From Hydrolagus affinis (Eukaryota), in the NCBI GenBank assembly GCA_012026655.1, contig JAAILG010001579.1:1-64000 (forward strand): 64,000 nt of DNA, read 5' to 3'. The translations under genes were made by a program, and so were the position numbers. Below are positions 50,740 through 64,000 of this stretch, piece after piece. Position 1 is the stretch's first letter. Each line of letters opens with the position of its first letter. Under the pieces are notes generated by a model. That model saw only the letters and a list, made by a program, of their open reading frames with translations. It did no database searches and was not told the DNA's origin.

Positions 50740-50885
50740 AATACAACATAACAATTTTCATTGATATAGTGCCCTTCATGTGGGGTAGCAGCTCAGAGCA
50801 TGGGGCATGATGTTGAGTAAGAGGGAGAGAGGAGGTGACCATAAGCACAGTGAAAGAGGAAGGTCTTCAGGAGTGATCTGAATAA
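50740..50885 (-). mobile_element. L2 3' end, degenerate
   Basis: acaacataacaattttcattgatatagtgcccttcatg...ggtgaccataagcacagtgaaagaggaaggtcttcagg aligns with 28725-28880. Confidence 0.65.
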
Positions 50886-51560
50886 ACTACGATTAGCTTT
50901 GGCTAAGCAATATTTGGTTGATGGTCATAGAATATATATGTTTCAAGAACGGGTAGAAAATTAAAAAAGGAATTCCAATATGGTGTGGTGACATTGTTTT
51001 GTGTGTGTTTGTATATATGTTACACTAAAATTGTGAAACCAGGCATTTCACAGAACTCATAACATTTTCAATGATTTTGTGAAATTACCGGTTTACAATT
51101 TTACCAAAACAATCACTTTGGAATTGCCTAGGACTACATTGATTTAATTGAACAGCAAATTATCTTGTGTCAATCTCTGCAGTTCAAGGATTAGTAACCC
51201 ATAAATTTTACTGATTTCAATCCTTCTCAGGGCACATAAAATAAATGTGACTTTATGAAGAATTAATACCAATATTTAGAAACTATGTTGGGAGGGATAT
51301 TTTCAGATGTTTAATAGAAAAGTACAACTTCCATTTAAGTGCACAAATAGATAGATATCTTGATGAAATTTATGGCCTTAAATCATGGAAATAATTCATT
51401 TGACCTACATAAATGATGCGATAAAAATGGAATAAAAGTGAATCAAAACAATGCCCAACTGAAGTTTATATATTCTGGTACCCAGAGACCACTGTTGGAA
51501 ATTGCAGGTGGAAGGGTGGTTCCCGGATTTATGTGAGCTGCAATCCTACCCACTGTTGTA

Positions 51561-51810
51561 CATAGAAACATAGAAAATACATGATGCATTAGGGCCATTA
51601 TGTTGTGGCAGTATTTGCTTCTCCAAGCAGCCATCCATCCTAATCCCAATTGCCTGCTCTTTCTCCATATCCTGTAATACCTTTCCTCTACATATGCTTG
51701 TCCAATTTTTTTAAAAAAAATGTCCCAATTCAGGTCCATTTTAACAGCCAGCCCTGGGAAATCATTCCATACCTCGCAATGCTTTGGGAGAAGTTCTTCT
51801 GAACTTTTCC
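51561..51810 (-). mobile_element. CR1 LINE 3' fragment
   Basis: catagaaacatagaa terminus; cctgctctttctccatatcct; ccctgggaaatcattccata; gagaagttcttctgaac. Confidence 0.65.
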
Positions 51811-54800
51811 TGTTCCTCCCGCCGTTGCTTATTCTCTGGACTCATAAAGAAGGGTTGTCATGGTGATCTCCCAGCGTTGTGTGGAAACATAACCCTGCAT
51901 AAGTCACTGCCTTGCGGAGAGGAGGGGAGAACACATTTTTTGAAGAAACTAAAAAAAAGGCATCATTCCATAAATACATTTATAAAATTCGGGATGTCTA
52001 CTAACAGGGTTGTTAATCATAATGTGAAATGTTGGCATATACTATATATATAAAATATATATGCACATACACTACAGAGGATTGTCGTGTTCAATCTGCT
52101 ACAAAATGTTTTTCAAAAAGTACTCAACAAAGAAAAGATTTGTAATGCCAGACGGCAGTGATTTTTCCCAAAGAAATAAATCTCAAAGTAGACTGAAAAA
52201 AAAGTTGGTCATAATAATCTATCTTCTATAACAGGGACCAGACACCACTTCTGGCTTCACTGATTCTGGTAAGTGTTAAATTATTCCACGACTCCATTTT
52301 CTATTACTTCACATATAATGGTCTGAGCTTTTATACTTACACTTTGAGTATGGATTGTAATAATATATATTCAAGTTCTTTGAAGCTTGTCTAAATGTTG
52401 TTCCACAATGATTTGTTTTTTCATAAGTTCAACGCAGCTCTGTTTGATGTTCAGAATACTTGCAGAGTCTTACTGTAATATCATCCTTAGTTTATGCATG
52501 CTCCCATGTGAATTTATGGCTCATTTAGACTGCTGGAGAGATTCGTCATTGCTTCCAGCAGTAGAGCAATGCGGAGTGGGAAACACGATTTATACACATA
52601 TCCTGCACTAAAATCATTCCCATTGGGGATGAAGGGAGTTCTGCTCAACCTGCGCTGAGCTTTGCCTCTCCCCGTAAACAGTAGATCATTTTTAAAAAAA
52701 ATACATTTTTTAAAGAGTCAGGACTGCTGGTTGTCTAATAACATTCAAATGAGCTACAGCACAAGCCCAAATTGTAATGCAGGCAGACAATGGCATTTTG
52801 AGAATGACAACTGCAGATTTGGGGAGCAGGCCTCCGAATAGAATCAGTACTTTTAAACTTGATTTATATTGTAATTTTTAGAGTACACTTGGAAGTAAAA
52901 CCAGCATGATATCTGTGCTGGATAAAAATATATTTTTACATTGGTTTCCTTCATATCTATGGCCTTAGGGCAACGCTAGTAGATGCCACGGTAATCTCGG
53001 AGTTTGTGGTTTGTTCTCACTTTGCCTAATAGTTGAATAAAGTAAAGATGACCAAGTTCAGCAATTACAAAAATACCAGGAATAGAGCTCCGAATGGTGC
53101 AATTGATGCGGAGAAATTATTGCTCATGTAGAAATCATCTTTTGATTAATGTAAATCTTTAATTCTCAATAAATAAATGTGATAATCTTTAACACATTTA
53201 TCAAATGCAAGGAATAATTTGATTGCTCTTCCCGTGGGTGTGTCTAAGAGGCTTGATTAATATTATTTATGAAGTTTATGCATAGTGCAGAAGGCAGTGC
53301 ACAAAATAAAAAAATAGTAGAGAAGAATAAATCGATTAGATGGATCATTCAGCATAATGTAATATACTGTAATATGGCTTATGACCTTGAAGTCGGACAG
53401 CATAATTACTTTCATGTAGTTCTCTGCTGATGGAAATTATGAGGTACTCCACAGAGGAAAAAAACCCAAGACGTTCCTTCCCTCCACAAGTTGTTCTGTC
53501 ACTAGTTTATGACATTCTCTCTGTTTTACAACACTGGATAATTCCTGCTTATTTTGTGTTGGTCCCTTAGAACAAATCTAAGTACAGTAGTGGTGTTGTA
53601 GACAGTCCGCATTGAACCACAATCCTGAGTACCGATGGTGTTCAGAAGTATTGTTTTCTCATGGTGACTGCAAATGACTGTTGGTGACATTATTCATCTG
53701 CTATATTGGTCATGACAGCGGCTGAATACAAATGAAGTTAAAGAGAAATGTAAAGCACTCCATGGGGAGAGTATAACAACATATTCATATCACCTCCACG
53801 AAAGGATATAGTCCCTTTTCTTGCTAATATGAAAACCGCTGCATGCTGGGTCTCCAGACCATAAGAGACATATTCAGAATAGAAGTCTTAATGGGTTTAT
53901 CATTGTTAGCTCGTCACAGAGGGGATATGTAATCAGCATTCTTCACCTCCTGTGCACAGGTTGCAATGCTGAAATGTGTCTCATAACCTCAGTACGAATT
54001 ATGCCTTTGCAATCTTTCTGTTAATTTCATGTTGAAAGTACTTTATCTCTCACTCGTCCACTCTTCTGTTGCTCCCATTTTGTATTTACGCCTCACTATT
54101 AATAGTGCATGATGTACATTGGCCACAATTTGCACTCAAGCAGCCACATATATGTTTACTGCAGACAGCAATAATGAAACCAGACATACATCAAGCTGTA
54201 GAGTCTCAGAGTTTGGGATGTAACTCTATTAGCTGAATCAACTAAAATGTAATTAAGTGAAAGGTAATTGACATTGATTCTATTATGCAATACTTGTTAT
54301 ATTACAGAAAATAATTTAAAACAGTTAGAGATTTCACAATTGGCAAGTATAATTCTCAGAATACTTAGCCTGCTGCAAGTCTTTGTGCAAAATTAAAAAT
54401 GGTTCTTGAAGGTGTTATAGAAAATATTGTAAATTTGGACAAAGTATTTGTGCAAATGATAATAAATCTTGTCTAAAATGAACTGATGTAATGGGATCTA
54501 TAAATTGTCTTCTAGAAATCCTACAATATCTGTAGACCAAATCTCCAGATAAAATTCAAGTCAAGACCAGGATGCTAGACTATTTTTATGAAAACGTCTG
54601 GTGCTAACATGAAGATGGTAGTGTGGGAAGAATGAAATTAAGTGGGCTGAATATGTATCTGTGCTGTAGTCTTGTGATGGAATGTATTAATGTAGTTTTT
54701 TTAAATTGTCATGTATTTCATGCCATAAATAATACTGTTATTACATTAAATGTATTTCATGCATTGGGCAAATTGCATGGTATTAGTACATTTTATTAAT

Positions 54801-55433
54801 AGCAACACAGATTTTATATATTGAGGCACATTTAGTCAGAATTGTTATTCTACTAGGAAAATGAACTGAGAACTTGTCCCTTGAGATTTTAATCTATGGT
54901 ATTCCATATTTGGAAGCCATGAACTCATATTTAATATTTTTGTTTAACAGATCCTTTTTATATTTACAAATGTTGTCTGACAGTTTTTAAAAATCAATAT
55001 TTAAATATAATGATATGTGACAGGCTAGTTGTGAAAACATTACTTTTCAAGACTTGGCACTAGACAAATAAATGCTGGATTAAGGAAATAGTTGAAGTTC
55101 TAAAAACAATAATTCAGTACATGTCCAACAAATCTTGAGAAGATTCATTGGAATGCTTTTTAATCTACTGCAATAATACAGCTGCTAGAAAAGCAAATGA
55201 CACGTGAAATGTGCCTTGCAGAAATAATAACATTTTGATTTGTGGATATTAGAATAGACAAGTGAAAGTAAATGTTTATAATCATTCTTGAACTATTTTT
55301 CTGTTTTGTTTTCAAGATCACAAAGGTGATCTTGATTTTTCTGATAAAGAAGACTATTCAATCCATTCAATCTTGTTCTTCCAGAACACTCTCCCTATCA
55401 TCTACCCCTTTCACTGTAAATCCTTTATCTTAT

Positions 55434-55790
55434 TGATTAGAGCACTCGCCTCGCAAGCGAGAGGACCTGGGTTTGATTCCCGGCAGGGCAAAATATTAGG
55501 CAGGTTTCCTTACTCCACACACCTCTGTTTGCCTAGCAGTAAGTAGGAACCCGCCTGTTAGTCAATTGGTGGATCGCTTTTCTGGAGGCAATAATTGCTT
55601 CACAATAAATAAAAATAATTTGGTAACTCAATCGATAACTGTTTGGGGTACAATGCTGTGTGCAATTGGCTGCAGTGTTGCGTCGACAAAATATAGTAAA
55701 CTCACTTTACAGTACATTCTGTATGCGCTTCGAGATGCCTTGAAAACATGCTAAGTGCTATATCAAATACAAGGATTCTTCTTCTTATCA
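55434..55790 (+). mobile_element. tRNA-derived CORE/Deu SINE, long variant
   Basis: Same head and tail as the other copies, plus an extra segment ctctgtttgcctagcagtaagtaggaacccgcctgttagtcaattg. Confidence 0.85.
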
Positions 55791-56909
55791 AACTGTTTCT
55801 TAATTGCATCTAGCATCCTGACCTTAACCACCTTTCCTTCCTGCCAGGAGCGAATCGAAGGATTGAGGTGGGAGGGGGAAGGGGATAGGTTTTGGCCCAC
55901 TCCCCATTCACCCCCTCCCAATATGGCTCAGATTGGCGGGCAGGGCTGTCAGTCATTAGTGGGCAGCATGTGAGAGATTAAAAATGGCAACACAATCAAA
56001 AACAAGTGGGGGTAAGTGTGACAGTTTCTGCCAACCTCAGCTGACCTCAAATCGCAAAGGAGGGAGATGGTTCATGAGCTGACTCAGTAACTGACTCAAC
56101 CAGTGCATTCTGTTCCAATAGAGGCTTCTTAGCTTTTCATGATTAGGTTTTATGTTTACTGAACTTTACACATGTCTCTAAAGTGTGAATTCTGTGACAA
56201 ATCTGTACAGCTAATTCTTTCCAAAGTTTATGTTAGAGAGTCCATATCATTTTTAAAGATCACCTGCATTTAAAGTGATGAGTCAAACTCCCCTGGTGCT
56301 GCGGTGAAGCATCTGGACTTAAAGGATGAAGTAAGTCTTCGAGACTGCGGACTGGAAGTGATTTCATTTAACTGAAATGCAGATGGATTAATTCCAGTAC
56401 TGTAAAGTCAACATGGATGTGCATTGGCTACACCACAGCATTTATTACTGCAGTCTGGATCAGGTTTTGATGAAGTAATTTCCCTTGAGTTTAGCACTTA
56501 CACAACAAACAGGGCGTCCTGTACTTGAGTTTGGTCTGTTTCTTTTCCTTGAATTAAATTGGCTTTTATCAATTTCACATGGGATTCCAAGAATGGGCAG
56601 ATTTTCAAACAAGGCACATGTGTTTTGTGGCATAAAAGCCCAAACAATTGGACGCATAAAATTAGATTCCCTTCATCTGGTTTAAGTGATGGAATTAATA
56701 ACAAATGATATAACACTCTACATGGGCATATTCAGATTAAACCAAGGATGGATGAGTGCTTGAATCATTCTTAGACCATCTTAGAGTGGCTGTGTCATAA
56801 ATGAATGTGCACCAGTATCGTAGTCAAAATATTGCCGGCTATCATTGTGAGACAGGTTGTTTAATTCTTTTAATTATAATCAAACAATAGTAACTTCACG
56901 GTGTCAATG

Positions 56910-57185
56910 AACATCAACAACAAATTGCATTTATATACTGCATTTCACATCAGGTGCTGGACAGTCAAGGGTTTGCACCTGAGCAAGGGTTTAGAGTCAA
57001 GACGGGTGGAGGTGGGAGGATGACCAAAAGCACAGTCAAAGTGGAAAGTTTTGAGACAGGCCTTGAAGGATGCAATGGAGGGGGTGAGGAAAAGGGAATC
57101 CTGGTTGACGTTCCGGTGGATGGGACAGAAAGGCTGAGTGGGGGACATGGAGCAAGCCAGTGTCCACTGAACAGGGAGAGGACAG
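56910..57185 (-). mobile_element. L2 LINE 3' fragment
   Basis: - strand ORF ...TPSIASFKACLKTFHFDCAFGH resembles the L2 ORF2 end; (GTT)n tail. Confidence 0.8.
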
Positions 57186-58265
57186 ATAGATAAGGTGATG
57201 AATGTAGCTAATTATACATCTTTTGAGAGTTTAACATTAATTTGTAAGTTAAATGTCAGAAAAATCATTATTATACTTAGTAAACTATATGCATATAACT
57301 GAATATTGTTTGTGCGGATGCCAGTCTGATGTGGGCCTATCCAAGCTTGCCCTTGCCAAAGCCACATTACATTGAACAAACTGTTATATTTTCCTCCTTG
57401 GAAATGTGTAGCTTATTCAGTTTTACTATTTCAGGTATTATCAAAACATTCCATCATACTGCTACATTCCTTTTCTATTAGGGTAGGGTTGGGCCTACAG
57501 GGTTCAAAACGATTTTACTTATGGGATTTGGCTGGAAGTCCAACCCAGACGTATGGAATTAAGACTGCTTTCCAAGATCTATTACAAATCCTTAGTAAAA
57601 TAAGTGTAGGTCATTTCAATACCATTCTGAATCGAAATGGGTCCACAAAATTCACTGCTCCTAAATGCAGCATTATGTCTATATAGTACACGCTGTTCTT
57701 AAATGTTTCAGATGGAACCTGCAAGAATTTTACGTAGAGAAACCCTGGACTGTTATCCCTGGGATGCGGAAGGACTTCAATAGATTAAAAATATATTTTG
57801 TCCAAATATTTATGGTCCAATCTAGAATTAAATATTTCATCTTGCATTCAGACTTCATTGCTGCTTACGCATTTGATTTTCCTTTTGTGTTTAATTATCA
57901 ATTGATGCACATTTTATATACAATTTATGTACACTTTGTGCATTATTTGTGATGACCTCCAGATGTCAACTGCATCTGAGATGCAGAAACATACAGCCCA
58001 TTTTACTGAAGAAACAAACATACAGGCCATTTTATCCATGTGTTATTGTTATTCTTAATACTGCTGGAAGTACTAAAAATGCAAGATGTCATTGTTTAAT
58101 ATAAAAAAAACAAAATTAAAGAATTGCAACTGGTCTTTGTAATAAGGGTTGGCATATGTTTGGGTTGTTTATACCTTCTTTAAGACGCAATATGGATTAC
58201 AGAGCCAAATGCATCAGTGCTTTGTTTCATTTACTCATGGTAGCATCGTACACGCTTGATGTGAT

Positions 58266-58398
58266 AAATAATAATAATAATCCTTGCATTTGAAATAGCA
58301 GCTTATAACATCTTTGAGCCATCTCCAAGCATTCACAGAATATGCTGTGAAGTGAATTGACTGCATATTTTGTGACCGAATGGCGGCAGCCAATTTGT
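58266..58398 (-). mobile_element. CORE/Deu SINE 3' fragment
   Basis: aataataataatccttgcatttg...gtgaattgactg...ggcggcagccaatt. Confidence 0.8.
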
Positions 58399-59688
58399 TT
58401 GTACGTTATGTTCATAATATGTCTTGTGGCACCTTTCCTCACATGACCTCTGTGGGAGGAAGGTGAGGCTTTCTCATAAGAGGGGCCTTGCAAACCAGTA
58501 ATAAAATCTTATTGATGTGATACTGTATTGTTTCACAACATGTTGTGATGATACTGCTTTATTTGAGTAAAAAAAAGAAAATACAGTACAGTGCTACAAA
58601 GACAAATCCAATATTAAATCTAAGAACAACCCACATCAGAGCAGATGAAATTTAAATATTTTCTTCACAATAAAGTGCATTTGAAAATGCAGATCACAAA
58701 ACCAAATGATTTAAATGATTAGGTGAAAGCTCAAGGCTTATCTTGCTACTAAGAGTTTTGATAGGTATTAGCGATGCTGTGTCTACTAGGCAGGGTTTTC
58801 AATACCTACTGTTGAGATTTGCAGTGTTGATTTAATGCAAATACCTTCCATTATCTTTTAGCTCCCCGTCTGGGTGATTAACCCTGATTGACTGAGCCAA
58901 TAGACAGAGTAGACTGACATGTATCAATCAATAGGAAATAGTTTTGTGTTTTAGAAATCTTTGATAAACATTATGCTATTAAAGAGGATTCTGATGATGA
59001 TGGTAAGTGGATTCTTTTAGTGTTGTAATGTCTTCCATGTGTGAAAGTGGTGAGGATGGAGCAGGAAACTGCTTACAGTCTAGCATCTGGGATCAGGTCT
59101 GATCAAAGCAATTGTTTGAAACCGTAATATTAACAACAAAAACTTGATAGTAATGTAACAAACTATAGTTAAAGGAAAACTAATCTTGGATGCTTTACCA
59201 ATGCATCAATTTTTGACCAAAAGTATATCAATGCATCAAAAATTAAATGAAAACAACTAAAATGGGACAACTTTTAAACCACTTATCTTGCAAGCCATAG
59301 TCCAAGCTGATTGTATGTCAGACTCCTAATAGATTTCTCAAAATCCATATAAACAGTTGCAGCAAATCTCTATGGTAGGACTAGCACAGTAATAATAATA
59401 ATAATCCTTGCAATTGATATCAGGCCTTTGAGACTTCGCAAAGCACTTTAGTGTGAAAAAAAGGCGAAATAATTGTTAACTTCAACAGACTGAAAAGCAT
59501 TAGGCGTCACAGCTAAGGAATTCTTCCATAGACTGCAAACATAGCAACCGTTTAATTATATACCAAACACCTTGGATTGAAATATTCATTGTACAATCAT
59601 TTCCTAATTCTAAACAAAGTGTTATCTCCAGGAATGTTGTTCCCAAGATTGTTGTTATGTGTGGAAATAAGCCAGCTGACAAGCATTG

Positions 59689-60383
59689 ATAATAATAATC
59701 CTTGCATTTGATGTAGTGCCTCATCAAGTCTTCGAGATATCTCAAAGAGCTTCACAGAATATACTGTAAATAATAATCCTTTGCATTTGATATAAGGCTT
59801 TTCACTTCTAGCCATCTCAAAGTGCTTCACAGAATATACTGTAAAGTGAATTGACTGTATATTTTGTGGGCGAAACGCAGCAACCAATTGCGCACAGCAG
59901 TGTCCCACAAACAGTTGTGGATTGAGATGACCAAATTTTTTTTGATGAATTATTATCAGGCATGTGGAGTAAGAAAAGCAGTGTAACGTAAGGGAAGGTT
60001 TCACCCTGCCTAGAATCGAACCCAGGTTTCTTGCTTGCAAGGCGAGTGCTCTAATCACTGAGCTACAGGTTTCCTAAAGTGGATTGACTGTATATTTTGT
60101 GGGTGAAACACAGCAGCCAATTGTGCACTGCAGTGACCCACACAAACAGTAGTGGATTGAAGTGATCAATTTATTATTATTATTATTATTATTAAATTTG
60201 GAGGAATTATTGCCCCTGGAAAATTAATCTGTCAATTGACTAACAACTGGGTTCCTATTTACTGCTAGGTAAATGGAAGTATGTGGAGTAAGGATACATG
60301 CGGAATATTTTGTCCTGTCGGGATTTGACCCTGGCCCTCTCACTTGCGAGGCAAGTGCTCTAACCAATGAGTTACAGGACTCC
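59689..60383 (-). mobile_element. Nested SINEs: long-variant copy (59689-59770 + 60079-60383) interrupted by a short-variant copy (59771-60074)
   Basis: The outer copy breaks at atactgtaaa / gtggattgactg; TAAA is duplicated at 59767-59770 and 60075-60078. Confidence 0.85.
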
Positions 60384-62778
60384 AAATGGCTTGGCAGTCA
60401 CAGAATGAGCATACCAAGAGTGGTGGGGGGAGGGATTGCAGAAGAAAATAGAAGCACTTCCATGAACAAAATACGTTGAATTAAAAACTACAGAAGCAAA
60501 TAAATTAAGATCTTATTATAAAATAAGATCCATGTTATCCTAGGTAACTTTCCTGTATGTGGGTATATCTTATAGCAAACTACCCTGCCTGATTAATTGA
60601 TTGTTTCCTTATACTTCCCAATGCAATCTCCCTTCTGTGTAAATAAGCAAATAACCAAATACAGGGTGAAAAGTGTAATCACAATCTGATAACACCAAGG
60701 TTCAGAGTTAATGAAATTACTACACATGTTATTGAATACTTGGGGTTTTCTAGTAAATCAGTAACACAAATGTGTTCAAACAGAAAGCAAAAATCATTGA
60801 CAGAAGCTACTGTTTATACAGTAATAGACCTTAAAACTGCTGATAAAATTACAGCAATTGTGTTTTTTCATCCGGAGATGATTGAGGAGCTCTTAGTGAT
60901 ATTCTAACGACTTGAGTTTTGATGTTGCATTACGGTGACATCAGAAAATAATTTAAAAATACTTGAATAACAAAACTCTTTCAGTCAAAGTCCAGGAGGT
61001 CTGCGTTTACATGGTGGAAGTGCTTTAATCAAGATTAATTTTTCCATTTCTCGGAAACTGGAGCTCTTCCTGAGTTTCTCTTAGTTCTTTCATATGAATG
61101 AATTATCAAATTACATGGCAGTTTTAGGAGGAAAACAAATTAAACCATCATGGATCATTACAATAAAAGTTACATTTAACCCCTTCGTTACAATGTGCAA
61201 GTTTCTGAAATCTTAAGTCATTCCAACTCCTTTGGGAGCTTTTCTGTTCCATGTAACATTAACTATTATTTATTATTGTCTGCTTGGTCATTTTCATGAT
61301 TTTTTACTCTGGTGCGCTTTCATAAATGATTCTAGTACAATTAATGAACGTATATGTAGCATGAGGTTAAACGATACAACAACTTGCACTTATGGAGCGC
61401 TCGCCATGCCAGGTAGAGTCTCACAGCACTTGAAATAAAAGATATAAAGTGAGATGCCCCTGGAACCATACCATTTTTGCACATGACCAAGGTGGTTGAA
61501 ATGTCAAACACCAACCAAGATGTTTATTGAGTGCAAATCCCACATCATTTAATTCACTACAAGGAGCACAGAGATCAGAGTAAACCTGTTTGAGAGAGCA
61601 AGTGATATTGATTGTGACAGAGCGAGAAAAGTAGAGCTCGTTTTTGGGGCAGCGCCACAAAATATGCAGTCAATTCACTTTAGAGTATATTCTGTAAGGG
61701 AATGAGATCAATAATAAAAGGGTCAAATGGTGAGAATTTCAGCCAAGATGGATAGAAGTCCAGGCTGTGTTTTGGTGAACTGTAAAAGTATTTTTTATTA
61801 TTTTAAATGTAGTTTGTACTCAGCCATTAGGCCACTTATCACTTATTCCTTCTAAGGTGCTTGCCAATGCAATGTGAACATTTAATATTAGAGCAGGTTT
61901 ACTGATTAAAAGGTAAATGAACTATCCGTTAGTACATTAAGTAAATAGACCCCAGTGACTAGAGTACCACATTTTTATGTAGGAGTTTGAGTTTATTAAC
62001 TGCGACTCAAATTCAGACCTAAACAATTTAAAGAACCCTTCAATATCCTATTGCAATTATTGTTCCTCTATAGTCTGTTCAATGTGGTAAAACATTGAGT
62101 AATGCAGAGCAGTAGATATCTGGGGGCGATTACATGATTGTAATTTAATTGGGGGGTGCAGATGGCATCATGAATCACTAAACAAGACTACAGCCCTCGA
62201 ACCTGTAATTATTTGGAGCATAATTATTTGATTTTTATGTGCTATTTTGGGTTTAGCCAGTTTGTGTGCCAGTTATAGCTTCCGTTGCAAATGTAAACTG
62301 GCACTGACCTCCCCGCTCCTCTTCCTCAATGCACAATAAAATCCACAAAATTCTTATGATCTGTAATTTCATTACCACAGGTTTATCCAGGAATTGCTTC
62401 ATTTGGTTCCTATGGAATGATGTGTGCAGTGTGCAGTGCAAAAATATTAACAGATGCCTGCAAGCACATTACAGTGCTCTTAAAACAATGGGAAGGGCTT
62501 CTGATAACCTCATGAGGTGTAGTGTAGTAGAAATGTGTAGTTTAATCAAAGTTGTCTGAACGTAGAGAGTTTACTGCAGTTCTGTACCCTCTATTTCACA
62601 AAAAAATCGTTATTTTGGATTGTCTTTCAGCATTTTTGCTACACTTGCACCTTCCATTTTAATTTTGTCACATAGCTTGACTGACAACATCTACCAACAA
62701 TATTTCAGCATCAATTGACAGGAAAATGTCCATTGTTAAACAGTTTTTTTCATCTCTTTTATGTGGGAACCCTGTAAT

Positions 62779-63091
62779 TAATAATGATAATCATAATAAT
62801 AAACTTTGCATTTAATACAATGTTTTTCACATCTTCTAGGTATCTCAAAGTGCTTCATAGAATATATACTGTAAAATAATTTACTGTATGTATGTGGCTG
62901 AAATGCGTCAGCCAATTGCCCGCAGCAGTGTCCCACAAACAGTCGTGAATTGAATTGACCATTCTTTTTTGAGGTATTATTATCAGGTGTGTGGAGTAAG
63001 GAAACTTGCCCAAGGTTTTGCCATGCCTGGAATTGAACCCAGTTCTCTCGCTTGTAAAGCGAATGCTCTAACCGCTGAGCTACAGGACGCC
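62779..63091 (-). mobile_element. tRNA-derived CORE/Deu SINE, full length
   Basis: Head ggcgtcctgtagctcagcggttagagc, B box gggttcaattcc, body and (ATT)-like tail. Confidence 0.9.
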
Positions 63092-64000
63092 ACGTTATAT
63101 TTAAAATCACAATTTAAAATGTAAAACTTCATTCATATCAATTGTATATTTATATCTACTTGTGCTTTTCATAAATTAATTTACCAGTAATCAATGTGTA
63201 CTTACATATGCTAAGGTATGCCAAATCTATGACCAATCCTACTGTACTGTGGTAGAAGGAAGGACATAATATGGAGGGGGAAACTATACCCAAATATCTT
63301 CCAGAGAAATAACAGCTGATTTTTGGTATTTCATGGCACACTGAACTAAGTGGCAACACTATAAATATGTTTTAATGTAAATCAGATCGCTATAAAACAT
63401 AAACCAAGTGCTAGAAACGTCAGCTCATTTTATATTTGATTTTTGCACTTTGACACATTCACTGAGTGCCCCCCAACTGCTGGTAATCCTTTATGAATTG
63501 AAACAAGATGACGAGAGAGTGTCCTATTTCGATCAGTAAGGTTGGCAATGAGCTCCCTCAGATTTCAAATCAATTCCATGGGAAGTTAAAGCCAAGTTTT
63601 GCAGGAACATCATTTATAAGACTGCCAGCCTTGCTTCATAATCATGCTCCCTTCAGTTCCAGCTCACTCAACCCTAACATGTTTTAACATATTGTACTCA
63701 CAAGTTGTATTGGGGGTTGAATTAATCTCAGAAGAGAGGAGGTGAAGAGATTGTTAGTATTTAATTATTTTTTCAGGATGTGATGAATATGGGGAATGGA
63801 CTATCTATGCATGGCGACAGATGAGTCAGCAAATTGAAGAGGATTAAGATGATTAATTCACAAAAAAAAGAATAGTATGAGAGATGGAGTATGCATTTTT
63901 TTTAAATTTAAGACTGACCAATTAGACTGCAGCTTTCTTTTGGATTCTGAAGATTGTTGTGTTCCAGTACAAATACATTGCCCCAAAGGCACAGATCTGC

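Noticed and set aside
59597-60058. 153-aa ORF and similar peptides elsewhere ([16 protein letters not shown])
   Set aside because: Translations of SINE copies; the frame is not conserved between copies.
1-64000. CRISPR array or prokaryotic operon/defence system
   Set aside because: The sequence is eukaryotic with spliced genes; the repeats are dispersed retroelements with no regular repeat-spacer periodicity.

Overview
Vertebrate genomic DNA, most likely a cartilaginous fish (inferred from the repeat families; species not determinable by eye). It holds two convergent, intron-containing genes. CHMP1B (ESCRT-III) lies on the + strand with 7 coding exons at 1232-7974; its first coding exon is upstream of the window. 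A complete TBX22 T-box gene lies on the - strand with 8 coding exons at 40961-34909, 519 aa, all GT-AG junctions in phase. The rest is non-coding. It carries about 10 copies of a tRNA-headed SINE with CORE-like and Deu-like segments and an L2 tail, older Deu/AmnSINE1-like relics, L2 and CR1 3' fragments, fold-back elements with a hammerhead-ribozyme-like core (probably Penelope-derived), and microsatellites. Almost all ORFs in the supplied track are spurious. No CRISPR, rRNA or true tRNA genes were seen. The most notable observations are: the hammerhead-like fold-back insertion with a 14-bp target-site duplication and an empty paralogous site in the same intron; CpG retention in repeats across the TBX22 domain; a TBX22-consensus-like site about 1 kb upstream of TBX22; and the ancestral CHMP1B-TBX22 linkage. 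I did not find a convincing wholly new system; these are leads.
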